Source of the DNA: Macrostomum lignano
Lineage: Eukaryota
Reading direction: 5' to 3'
DNA length: 64,000 bases
Assembly (NCBI GenBank): GCA_002269645.1
Contig: NIVC01001733.1
Span: 1-64,000 of the forward strand
This document shows positions 11,701 through 23,700 of this stretch, in pieces. Within the stretch, counting starts at the first letter, position 1; the number at the start of each line of letters is the position of its first letter. The notes below the pieces were generated by a model. The model searched no databases. It worked only from the letters and a program-made list of their open reading frames with translations, and was not told where the DNA came from. A program made the translations under genes and the position numbers.

Positions 11701-14700
11701 CTAGTGAGGTGAGAACAGAATCCGTTATAGAAGAGACAACTGACACCTTTGCAGACACGTCGGTACATGGAAACTTTTACGATTCTAACGGCACAGAAAA
11801 AGCCAATCAAGAAGCACCTGATGATGAACACCTGCACAGTTTGGAATGCCTGTTAGACTGTGGCGATCTTCCGATTAAGCATGCTAAAACTGAAGAATCA
11901 ATAACTGCTGGTGAGCAGCCTGATATTGGTGCCGAGCAGGATCTCACGTTTGAGAAAGTTCAGTTCAGAGATGAGCCAACGCAACCAAGTACTACTTATG
12001 TGAGAACAGGATTCGTAATAGAAGAATCCAATGAACCACTTGACTCTGATGTGGACCTAAAGCTTTTAGGAGGCCATAGGAATGCTGAGACTCCTGATGC
12101 AGATCTGGATATTGATGAGCCGAAAGTTGAGGTGACTGTTGTTGATGCTAGATTGAAGACGTTGATTCCTGATAGTGAGTTCCAAGCAGCTAGTGAAAAC
12201 TCTGTCACGCTCACTGACATGCTCACTCAATGCGAAGACGCCACAGAAGTCGTTCATGGACCTCGAGATAGACAGACTCCGGTCAACGACAAGAAACTTG
12301 GTGGCATCGACGCACTGGACAGCTCGCTGCAGGCCGTACAAGGAGACTATGAGCGACCAGTTCATCGCGATGCATCAGTTGCTCTTGTTGAAAAACAAGG
12401 GGGACGACCAGAGATACTCGACGAAATCTCGCATCATCTTGTTCCATCCAGCGAAATCGAGCAGGTATCAGTTGCTGATTGGCGGCTAAAAATCGAAGAT
12501 GGAGACCGCGATGACGAGTCGAGACTTGAACAACTGGCCTCGGCTCTGTCAGTAGACAACTTCGCAGACACGTCGGTACATGGAAACTGTTGCAACTCTA
12601 AAGAAAAAGCCAACCAAGAAGCACTTGAAGATGACCACTTGCACTGTTTGGAATGCCTGTTAGACTGTGGTGATCTTCGGAGTAAGCATGCTAAAATCGA
12701 AGATTCAAATGAAGTGCAAGAAGTTCTGGTCTGTCCAGAAACTGTTTCTGAGATCGAACCAGTTGGTAAGAAGCCTGATTTAAATGCTGAGCAGGATGTC
12801 ACGTTTGAGAAAGTTCAGTTCAAAGATGAGCCAACGGAACCGAGTACTAGTGAGGTGAGAACAGGATTCGTACTAGAAGAGTCAACTGGCACCTTCGCAG
12901 ACACGTCGGTACGTGAAAACTGTAGCGACTCTAAAGAAAAAGCAAGCCAAGAAGCACTTAAGGATGACCATTTGCACTGTCTGGAATGCCTGTTGGACTG
13001 TGGCGATCTTCCAATTCAATGTCTTCACGATGATCGTAAGACCGAAATTAAGGAAGAGGAATTTAATGACAGAGTCCTAATTAACAATCCAAGAACTTTA
13101 CAGCGGAATGAAGCAGAAAATGAGTTCGGGATTCAGACAGAAGTATCCGTAGAATCAGTCGTCAGCTTTCTTGACGCGGACGATTTCACGATGGAACAGA
13201 GGCGCTCTGCATCGGATAAGGAACACCTGAAAGTTTCAGCAGGCCAAACTGAGGTCACTCCCGAGGCTGAAGAGACACTTGATTCCGTAGTCAGTCTACT
13301 TGCCACTGAAGATCTGTTGCTAGAAAAAGCTGATGATCAACTTCCTGAAGTAGTGGATGGTGTAGAAGTTTCTGTTCCGAAAAAAGAACCTGTCAACAGG
13401 AGCGCAGATGGGAAAGAGTCTTTACAGGTGGATGAAATTGTGTGCCTTCTTGATCACAACGACCTATCTACTCAACACGGTGACGATCAGATCTGCAGCT
13501 TGAAGCACACAACCTTGAAACCTTCAGATTCCGATTTATGATCGAGAAGAGTCTGGATATTGCGCAGCAAACAATTGAGTCTGAAAATTACAAACAGGAA
13601 ATGGTTGAAAGTGTAGAAACGTCGCAGCCACTCAGCGATACAACTGACTCAAAAATCCGCTATTCTGCATCAGTTGATATGGAAGCTAACTTTGTTGCTG
13701 GTAAGAGTGAAGCGGTTAGTGTTCCAACACCGGAGGGTAATGTCTCAGAAGCCAGTTTAAATTTAGGCTCCAGGGCTGACAGACAAGAGTTGATCAAGCT
13801 ATCAAGCAACGACTTGGAGTCACTGTTTGAAATCGCATCGGATTTTGATATCAGACACATTAGATCGCGACTAAGTCCCATTGAAGAATTCGATTCCAGA
13901 GTCGCTGTGGAAGAGGAAAGGGTCGATTGCACTTTTAGCAACGAAAGCAATAATCGTAAAACTTTTGTCGAACTTCCCTGCAACTACACTGGAAGCGCAG
14001 AAGCTCTGACATCAGTGCTTTTGGATACACTTAACTGTGAGCAGGAAGTGGAGCACCCGGAATCAAGCTCATATTCGTCGTCGAGAACTACCGGCCAACA
14101 CGCAGAGACTCTGGCTAAATTAGCTGAGTCGCTTGAAGCAACTGAGACAGTAGATGACACTCCGGTAAATGTTGGCAGTTGTGCAGTCTTTAGTACTAGA
14201 GATGAGACATCAAAAGCACTCGACAAGGTTTTAGACTCGATGCAGAGTCTTCTACCAGAGGAAGACACTGAAGAAGTGGCCGCTCCGGCTGGCTCTTATT
14301 TAGTGGACAATCCAGACCCCGACGCCGCTGCTCAGCTGCTCAGTAACCTGGCTGATGCTATGGATGACTCATCTGAGAAGCCGGTTCCGCCAGATAGGGC
14401 TCTATGCAAATGTGACTCTGGCAGGTTTGTTCTTGAGGAAGCCGCAGCTCAGCTGGAGAGCTTTCTAGACGATAGCGACATCGTGCTGCCATCAAAATCA
14501 AGTGATGCTCTCGTTGACCCGGTTTTCGATGAAGAGCAAGTACAGCCACCACAAGGAGCTGCGGACGGCGCACCCCCAGCGTTTGATCTTGGTCACAGGA
14601 GTCCAGAAGACAGGAGCCCCCCTGAACCAATGGTGTCGTGGGACAGTTTGAACCGCCAAGTCTCACTACCCTGCCAGACTTTGGGCTTGACGAGGACATC

Positions 14701-17700
14701 GAGACCAGAGACGAGTCGAAGGTGAAAGAAGAGGATCAAACTAAAGATCGGCTGCAGGAAGCCGCGGAGCTGCCTGGTGCAGTCCAAGGTTCCAGCGATT
14801 ACGAAGCAGAAAAGGCCGGAGAATCAGGGGCAGCATCACCAGAACAATCTTCTGGCTGCATCGATTTAGCAACAACCGGTCAGGCTTCACCAGCAGTCCC
14901 GCCCGAGTTCGTTATTGTTGCCGATTCTGAGGGGCCATCAACCGCTAAAGGAGAAGCGGCTGCAGTCCAGCTTGGCATGCAGTTAGGCATCGGCGATCCC
15001 GATGCCACGACCAGCGGTAGGCGCTCTCCGATGTGGATGCCACCACAGCCGCCGAGATCGCCGACTGCGATGTCCCGACTTGAGCTAGAGCTTTTGGACC
15101 GGTCCGTGTTTTTCCCACGAGTTCGCAGCGCCGAAGACGTTGGATCTTCGTCTGACAGCGCCGGCCAGCAGGAGGAGGTCAGCAAGGACAGTGACGGGGA
15201 CGACGATGACAGCTGGGTCGATCCGCATGAGTATCGGCCCAGCAAGCGGTCGCACTACAATCCGATTGTGCCTCGGCTCGACCTCGGCGACCTCAGCCGA
15301 TCCTTGTCCTGTGAGGCCAATATTGACAGCGCCGGAAGTGACGAACCAGCAACTCCGATGGCACCGCGAGCTCCACCGGCAGCTGTACGGGAGCTCGCGG
15401 CCGCCGCTGCAGCCGCTGCCGCTGCGAGAACGCCTCGGGTGCCTCCTCAACGACAGGCCTCGCAGCCTCATCCAATTTTGCATCAAAATCCGCGTAATCT
15501 GGAGCAGCAGCAACAGCAGCAGCAACAGCAGAAGCCGCCGATGTCAGCGCCACCTGGGCCCAAGTTTGGTGGCTATGGGGCACCGAACTGGGGCAATGTG
15601 ATCCAAGAGCTAAAAGGAAAGCCACGACCGGAGCCAGTGCGCGCCTATCAACCCACCTGGTCGTCTGGGGAGCCTACAAAGCGAACGTCGGCCTTTGCGT
15701 CACAGGGCAGGCAGCAAATAGAGACAGCCATCAGCCAGCTGCGGCCCCGCCCGAGCTCCTTGCATGTGGCTCAGAGGGTCGGGCAGCCCTTGCAGCAGCA
15801 GCAGCGGACTCTCTCACCCGGTCCGCAGTCTTCACAGTTGCAGGATCTGCTACCGCCGCCAACCCTGCCGAAGCCCAAATGCCCGACCAGGCCGCATCCA
15901 ATGGCGGCTGCCAGTAAAAGGTAAATTTTCTAATTGCACTGGGTCCTAGATATTCCTAGATACCCTCAGTACCCCTAGTGCGAGCATGCTTCTCTTTAGT
16001 GTATGGGAGTTTCCATCACCGCGCGTGACCGCATGCTGTTTCCTGGAAAATCCCAGAATAGGCTTTTGTTTCAACTCGAATAAACTTGGCCCTCCATTCC
16101 GGTCTCCGCATGACTCCGGGTCGGACGAGCTCTGGCCGGGAAATAGGGGGGGGGGGCTAAAAATAGTCTTTGAGGCAGCGAACTCGGCTTCTGCTTCAAG
16201 CTGCGCAAAAACTGAAAGCAATATGAAAGTTTGCTTTTCTGCTTCTTCAAGGCCACGGAGCACTGATCAGAGGCAGCGGGTTATTCCGCAATAAAAAGCG
16301 ACTATGAATTTCCTCGAGTCCTGGCCGCAGAAGCAGCAAGCAGACGGAGTCACGCGCTCACTGAGCACTCTGCCGTAGAAAGACTTCCCTTAGTGGTTTT
16401 TTAAGCTTCAGCTGTAGCTGAATGAGACATCTTAGAAGCATCTTGTCAAATTAATTAAAATGTAGTCTGAGTTCACTGACCCAGAGGTTGAGTCCAGTTA
16501 GAAGCATCAATAGAAAAAATTTCTCCTTTTTGCCTGAGCTGAGTGGCAGCTGCAATATTAAACTATGAACTCAGCCATGAGCTTATAATGGTTCTTTCCA
16601 GCAGACAAGCGCTGCCCGAGGTCATGTCTGAGGCTCCCACCGAGTCAGGCGCCATCGTACAAATGAGACAGCAGCGCTCCGACTCGAGCCGCGATGAGCC
16701 GGACCAAATCGCTGAGAAGCCTGTCGGCGATTCTGAGAACCAGCCAGCCGAGGCTGACCAGCCGCAGCTGCAGGATGTTCAGGAACGCGCTAAAGTACTC
16801 GAAGCTGAACAATCTGGGATCACGGAGAGGGAAGCGTCTCAATCGGATGAAAATAAATCAGCTGTCTCAGCGGGTGAGCTCAGTCTCGTCTCTCAGCCAG
16901 CCACCACTGATGCTGAGCTGGCAGTTATCCAAGCTTCTGCTGTGAGCAACGAGCTGCCATCAATTACAGCTGAGCCAGAAGCAACTGGCAAAATGCAGGA
17001 GCTGGTGTCTGCTGCACCCGCAGCTGAAGTATCTTCAGACTTACCTGTTAGTGTCGCGTTATCGGAGGGCGCAGCAACTTCCACACACGGGATTGAGCCA
17101 CAAGCGGCTGCTGACTGTGCGGCAACAGCAGAGGAAGGGCCGCCAACGGCCGAGGAGGAGCTGCAGGCCCTCGCAGAGCTGCTCTCGGTGGAGCCGCAGG
17201 AGGCCAAAACTATCTCAGACGCGCTGGCCGGCAGAGGGAAGCAGCCGAAATCCGAGGAGGAGAAACTCTTCGAACGGCTGGACAAGACGGAGGGACTGTC
17301 TGAGGAGGAGCTGGTGAAGGTGGCCCAGCTGATGAACATGGACCAGGAGACTGCCAAGGCCGTGGCTCGGTTCCTCATCACTCAGCAACCTGGCGATGAT
17401 GAAGCCGAAGACGAGGAAACCGAAGCGGACACCGAGAACCTGGATGAGACTGACACCACTGTGGACACCGAGTGGGAGCGACTGCAGCAGCGGTACTTCG
17501 ACGACCCGGACGAGTTCCGGTTTGTGCGACCTCTCCGCGACGCTGCCGGTACGCGCGATGGCGCCGAGTCGAACGTCAGCCGAGGCTCCTCCGGTGCCAC
17601 TGGTAGCGACATTCGGCAACGAATGCGCGAATTCGGCGACCTTCTGCTCGGCTTCGACAACCCCATTTCCGACGACGCCTCGGTCGGTGACGACGCCACC

Positions 17701-20700
17701 TCGGAGCGCAGCTTCGACGTTGATTCGATGCGCTTCCGCTTTGAGCGGCTAATGAGCTTCTCCGACAGAGCCTCGGTTGTTTCATCGGACCGGACGAGCC
17801 TCGCGCCCTCATCTGCTAGCGGGACGCACCGACGACGTCGCGTGGGAGCCAGAAGCGTCTCGAGAACATCCTCTCAGGCCAGCAGTCTCGCCCCATCTGC
17901 TGCTGTCGCTGCAGCCAACGCTGCGGTCTCGTCTGGAGAGACGCCCGCACCGGTGCAGGCAGTTGGCCGGCCTGTGCGGCGTGCCCAGTCGGACGCTCTG
18001 CGCAATGCGTCCCAGCTGCAGCAGATCGTCCAGATCAAGCGCATGATCGAGCGCCGTCGCCAGCAGCAGTCTCAGGCAGCGCCGACATCAGCTGCCGACA
18101 GTCAGGAATCGCCGACAGAGCATTCAACCTCTGCCGCCCAACACCGCATTTCAGAAGACAACCGACCGCCAGCGGCCTATCGCCCGGGTTCACCGTCGCC
18201 TCCTTCACTGCCGCCTCCGACTGTGTTTGTTGAAGAGACGCCCTCGGACGATGGCGCGGATGCTGTCGAGGCCTTCAAGAAGCCGACACCAGTCGCTGAG
18301 GATTCTGCAACCAACACTGCGGAAGTTATGCCGAAGGAGGAGCTGGCGACGGAGTCTTCGTCCCAGCAGCCGCCGGCTGGCGAGATTCGCCTGTCGGTGT
18401 CCCCGGCCGCAGGAGGTGCCCTGACGGTACACGTGATTGAGTGCCGCGGCCTCCGAGTTGGTGATGCCAGAAAATCTCGGACCGACAGGTGAGCAAGGAA
18501 CCGGGATGTTTTTTTTCAGAAAAAAATAACTCAGGAAAAAGTTTTGCAGGACAAACAGCTTCGCTGGCGACAGACTAACATAAGAATGACAAATTGCTGC
18601 AGCCGGTGCGGCAGTTTCAGCTGACTGATACTAAGCCCCCCACTCCCTGTCGGACTCAAGCGGATGTGCTCATCGATTTGCCGCTAAGCCCGCAGCTTAT
18701 GCGGAGTCGCTACACGAGCGACTGTCATGATTGACCCGCAGCCACTCTGCCGAATAAATTTATGAGTTCCGGATACCCGCTCGGCCCTGGCAGCGCTCCA
18801 AGTGCGTTTGCGAGCGTCTGCTCCTTGGCTCGCCCATAGGGTTCGCCTGCAGATAAAATAACTTTAATTAATCGAACTCCAAATAACTGAAGCCAACTGC
18901 AGCACCAGGGGCTGGAGAGAGTGCGAGAGAGGACGGGGCCTGTTAGCCGACAATTTCTTTCCGAGTGACAGTTGAAGCAGAAGAGAAGCGCCTGTTTTAG
19001 GCTTCTCATGTGAGCCTGGCCAGGGAGTTTCAGAGAGAGAATATGGCTTCTCATGTGAGCCTGGCCAGGGAGTTTCAGATGGAGAATCTGGCTTCTCATG
19101 TGAGCCTGGCCAGGGAGTTTCAGATGGAGAATCTGGCTTCTCATGTGAGCCTGGCCAGGGAGTTTTAGAGGGAGAATCTGGCTTCTCATGTGAGCCTGGC
19201 CAGGGAGTTTTAGAGGGAGAATCTGGCTTCTCGTGTGAGCCTGGCCAGGGAGTTTTAGAGGGAGAATCTGGCTTCTCGTGTGAGCCTGGCCAGGGAGTTT
19301 CAGATGGAGAATCTGGCTTCTCATGTGAGCCTGGCCAGGGAGTTTTAGAGGGAGAATCTGGCTTCTCGTGTGAGCCTGGCCAGTGAGTTTCAGATGGAGA
19401 ATCTGGCTTCTCATGTGAGCCTGGCCAGGGAGTTTTAGAGGGAGAATCTGGCTTCTCGTGTGAGCCTGGCCAGGGAGTTTTAGAGGGAGAATCTGGCTTC
19501 TCATGTGAGCCTGGCCAGGGAGTTTTAGAGGGAGAATCTGGCTTCTCGTGTGAGCCTGGCCAGGGAGTTTCAGATGGAGAATCTGGCTTCTCATGTGAGC
19601 CTGGCCAGGGAGTTTCAGATGGAGAATCTGGCTTCTCATGTGAGCCTGGCCAGGGAGTTTCAGATGGAGAATCTGGCTTCTCATGTGAGCCTGGCCAGGG
19701 AGTTTTAGAGGGAGAATCTGGCTTCTCGTGTGAGCCTGGCCAGGGAGTTTCAGATGGAGAATCTGGCTTCTCATGTGAGCCTGGCCAGGGAGTTTCAGAT
19801 GGAGAATCTGGCTTCTCATGTGAGCCTGGCCAGGGAGTTTCAGATGGAGAATCTGGCTTCTCATGTGAGCCTGGCCAGGGAGTTTTAGAGGGAGAATCTG
19901 GCTTCTCATGTGAGCCTGGCCAGGGAGTTTTAGAGGGAGAATCTGGCTTCTCGTGTGAGCCTGGCCAGGGAGTTTCAGATGGAGAATCTGGCTTCTCATG
20001 TGAGCCTGGCCAGGGAGTTTCAGATGGAGAATCTGGCTTCTCATGTGAGCCTGGCCAGGGAGTTTCAGATGGAGAATCTGGCTTCTCGTGTGAGCCTGGC
20101 CAGGGAGTTTTAGAGGGAGAATCTGGCTTCTCGTGTGAGCCTGGCCAGGGAGTTTTAGAGGGAGAATCTGGCTTCTCATGTGAGCCTGGCCAGGGAGTTT
20201 CAGATGGAGAATCTGGCTTCTCATGTGAGCCTGGCCAGGGAGTTTCAGATGGAGAATCTGGCTTCTCGTGTGAGCCTGGCCAGGGAGTTTTAGAGGGAGA
20301 ATCTGGCTTCTCGTGTGAGCCTGGCCAGGGAGTTTTAGAGGGAGAATCTGGCTTCTCATGTGAGCCTGGCCAGGGAGTTTCAGATGGAGAATCTGGCTTC
20401 TCATGTGAGCCTGGCCAGGGAGTTTCAGATGGAGAATCTGGCTTCTCGTGTGAGCCTGGCCAGGGAGTTTTAGAGGGAGAATATGGAGCGGAGGGCTCCA
20501 TCGCTTATCCACTTTTTGAGGAGTTCAATACCCAGATTACTGCATAATTCCCCGAGCAAGTGTGCAAGCTAATGAGGGAGAATTATTTTGAAGTTTCTTT
20601 CAAATTCTTCTCTTGAAGGAATTTTTTCAAGTCTACCGTTGTTAAAATGAGAAATGAGTCCCCAGTCCCAGTTGATCTGCTTTCTGTCCAGATTTGCATC

Positions 20701-23700
20701 TCAAGTGTCTTGAGTCGGGCCTGCCTTCCATTAACCGTCTGTAACGGCTCTCTCGCCTGGCTGTCGGGTTGTCTCCCTCTCGTCTCTCAAGCAGAAGGCC
20801 GGGTGTGAGGAGAATCCGCCAGCCGCACCCGCTTGACTCTCGGAGCTGCTCGCGGTCGTAAATCTTCCACGAGTCGTGGAGGATTCTTTGAGCGTTAAGC
20901 AGAAATTGCAGCAAAAGTTGCCGTCTTTGATGGCGAAACACGGAAATTGGGAGCGGAGCTGTTTGGGCCCTTTGCTGCAGTGACCTCGGGTGAACTCTGT
21001 GCCGAAATGATTGTGTGTGACTGCCTGACAGATGGGCGGGCGGCAGCTTCAGGCCCAAGCACTATACATAAGTGTGCGTATTATCAGGTAATTGACTGAG
21101 ATTACACTCCCAGTCATGCATGTTGGCTAGATTAGCAATCCATTTTAGTCCCTTCATGATTGATTGGCTAGATTAGCAATCCACTCTATTCTGTTTATGA
21201 TTGATGGGCTAGATTAGCAATCCACTCTATTCTGTTTATGATTGATTGGCTAGATTAGCAATCCCCTCTATTATGTTTATGATTGATTGGCTAGATTAGC
21301 AATCCCCTCTATTATGTTTATGATTGATTGGCTAGATTAGCAATCCCCTCTATTATGTTTATGATTGATTGGCTAGATTAGCAATCCACTCTATTCTGTT
21401 TATGATTGATTGGCTAGATTAGCAATCCCCTCTATTATGTTTATGATTGATTGCCTAGATTAGCAATCCACTCTATTCTGTTTATGATTGATTGGCTAGA
21501 TTAGCAATCCCCTCTACTATGTTTATGATTGATTGGCTAGATTAGTAATCCACTCTAATTATATTCCTTCATCTGATTTCTACGGCATGTATCACTCACA
21601 GGCGCACGCATCTATCAGAGAGAAGCCCAAGGCGCATCTATCAGAGAGAAGCCCAAGGCGCATCTATCAGAGAAAACCCCAAGGCGCATCTATCAGAGAA
21701 AACCCCAAGGCGCATCTATCAGAGAAAACCCCAAGGCGCATCTATCAGAGAAAACCCCAAGGCGCATCTATCAGAGAAAACCCCAAGGCGCATCTATCAG
21801 AGAAAACCCCAAGGCGCATCTATCAGAGAAAACCCTAAGGCGCATCTATCAGAGAAAACCCCAAGGCGCATCTATCAGAGAAAATCCTAAGGCGCATCTA
21901 TCAGAGAAAACCCCAAGGCGCATCTATCAGAGAAAACCCTAAGGCGCATCTATCAGAGAAAACCCCAAGGCGCATCTATCAGAGAAAACCCTAAGGCGCA
22001 TCTATCAGAGAAAACCCCAAGGCGCATCTATCAGAGAAAACCCCAAGGCGCATCTATCAGAGAAAACCCCAAGGCGCATCTATCAGAGAAAACCCCAAGG
22101 CGCATCTATCAGAGAAAACCCCAAGGCGCATCTATCAGAGAAAACCCCAAGGCGCATCTATCAGAGAAAACCCTAAGGCGCATCTATCAGAGAAAACCCT
22201 AAGGCGCATCTATCAGAGAAAACCCCAAGGCGCATCTATCAGAGAAAACCCCAAGGCGCATCTATCAGAGAAAACCCTAAGGCGCATCTATCAGAGAAAA
22301 CCCTAAGGCGCATCTATCAGAGAAAACCCTAAGGCGCATCTATCAGAGAAAACCCCAAGGCGCATCTATCAGAGAAAACCCTAAGGCGCATCTATCAGAG
22401 AAAACCCCAAGGCGCATCTATCAGAGAAAACCCTAAGGCGCATCTATCAGAGAAAACCCCAAGGCGCATCTATCAGAGAAAACCCTAAGGCGCATCTATC
22501 AGAGAAAACCCTAAGGCGCATCTATCAGAGAAAACCCTAAGGCGCATCTATCAGAGAAAACCCCAAGGCGCATCTATCAGAGAAAACCCCAAGGCGCATC
22601 TATCAGAGAAAATCCTAAGGCGCATCTATCAGAGAAAACCCCAAGGCGCATCTATCAGAGAAAACCCCAAGGCGCATCTATCAGAGAAAACCCCAAGGCG
22701 CATCTATCAGAGAAAACCCCAAGGCGCATCTATCAGAGAAAACCCCAAGGCGCATCTATCAGAGAAAACCCCAAGGCGCATCTATCAGAGAAAACCCCAA
22801 GGCGCATCTATCAGAGAAAACCCTAAGGCGCATCTATCAGAGAAAACTCCAAGGCGCATCTATCAGAGAAAACCCCAAGGCGCATCTATCAGAGAAAACT
22901 CCAAGGCGCATCTATCAGAGAAAACCCCAAGGCGCATCTATCAGAGAAAACCCCAAGGCGCATCTATCAGAGATAAGCCCAAGGCGCATCTATCAGAGAT
23001 AAGCCCAAGGCGCATCTATCAGAGAAAACCCCAAGGCGCATCTATCAGAGAAAACCCCAAGGCGCATCTATCAGAGAAAACCCCAAGGCGCATCGGGCCA
23101 ACCTACGGTCGCCCGAAAGGCCGAATTTCAATTTGTGAAAATTCCAAGCCATGCGAATTCAGACTGGCTGTTTACAAACTCAAAAACAATAAGTTGGAAT
23201 TTTCGGGCGTGTTTCTGGTGGCCAGGTGGGCAATGAATGGCGAGCGCAGTTTCGCGGGTGGGTGCCCAGAACAGCAGGCCGCAGAGCTGAGCCCCTGAAA
23301 ACTTCGCCTGTTGTGCTCTGTAGGGTGGGGCCATTGTGGGGCGCCTCTCCGAGCTGCAGGAGTTGCTGCAGAGTCCATTGACATTCTCCTCTCTCTCTCA
23401 CCCTTCTCTCTCTGTTCTGCTGGAGTTTCCTATTTATAAAACTTGAGCGCTTTGCTTTTGCTTTGATGCCTCGGGCTGGCCTGTCTGTCTGCCCACCTTT
23501 CCGCCTCCCTCTGCGTAGCCAAATTGTGCAAAGCCAAAAATCTCCTGAGCGCCTTGAGGGCTGCTGCTTTTTCTGTGTTGCAGAAATAACCTGCTGCGTC
23601 TTTTTTGGCCAGCTTGCAGCAGAGCACAACCTGTGGGATGTGCGACATTGGCAAATCCGAAAGATGCTTCTAGGGAAAAAAAATTCCAGCAATGGAGTAT

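Noticed and set aside
18725-20512. 595-aa minus-strand ORF (QAHMRSQILHLKLPG)n
   Set aside because: Translation of the 45-bp minisatellite; non-ATG start and no domain.
19000-23093. Regular repeats superficially like CRISPR arrays
   Set aside because: Head-to-tail units with no unique spacers, no cas genes, eukaryotic context.
23095-23130. GCCCGAAAGGCCGAA resembling hammerhead stem II
   Set aside because: No upstream CTGANGA core and no GAAA(C) after the stem.
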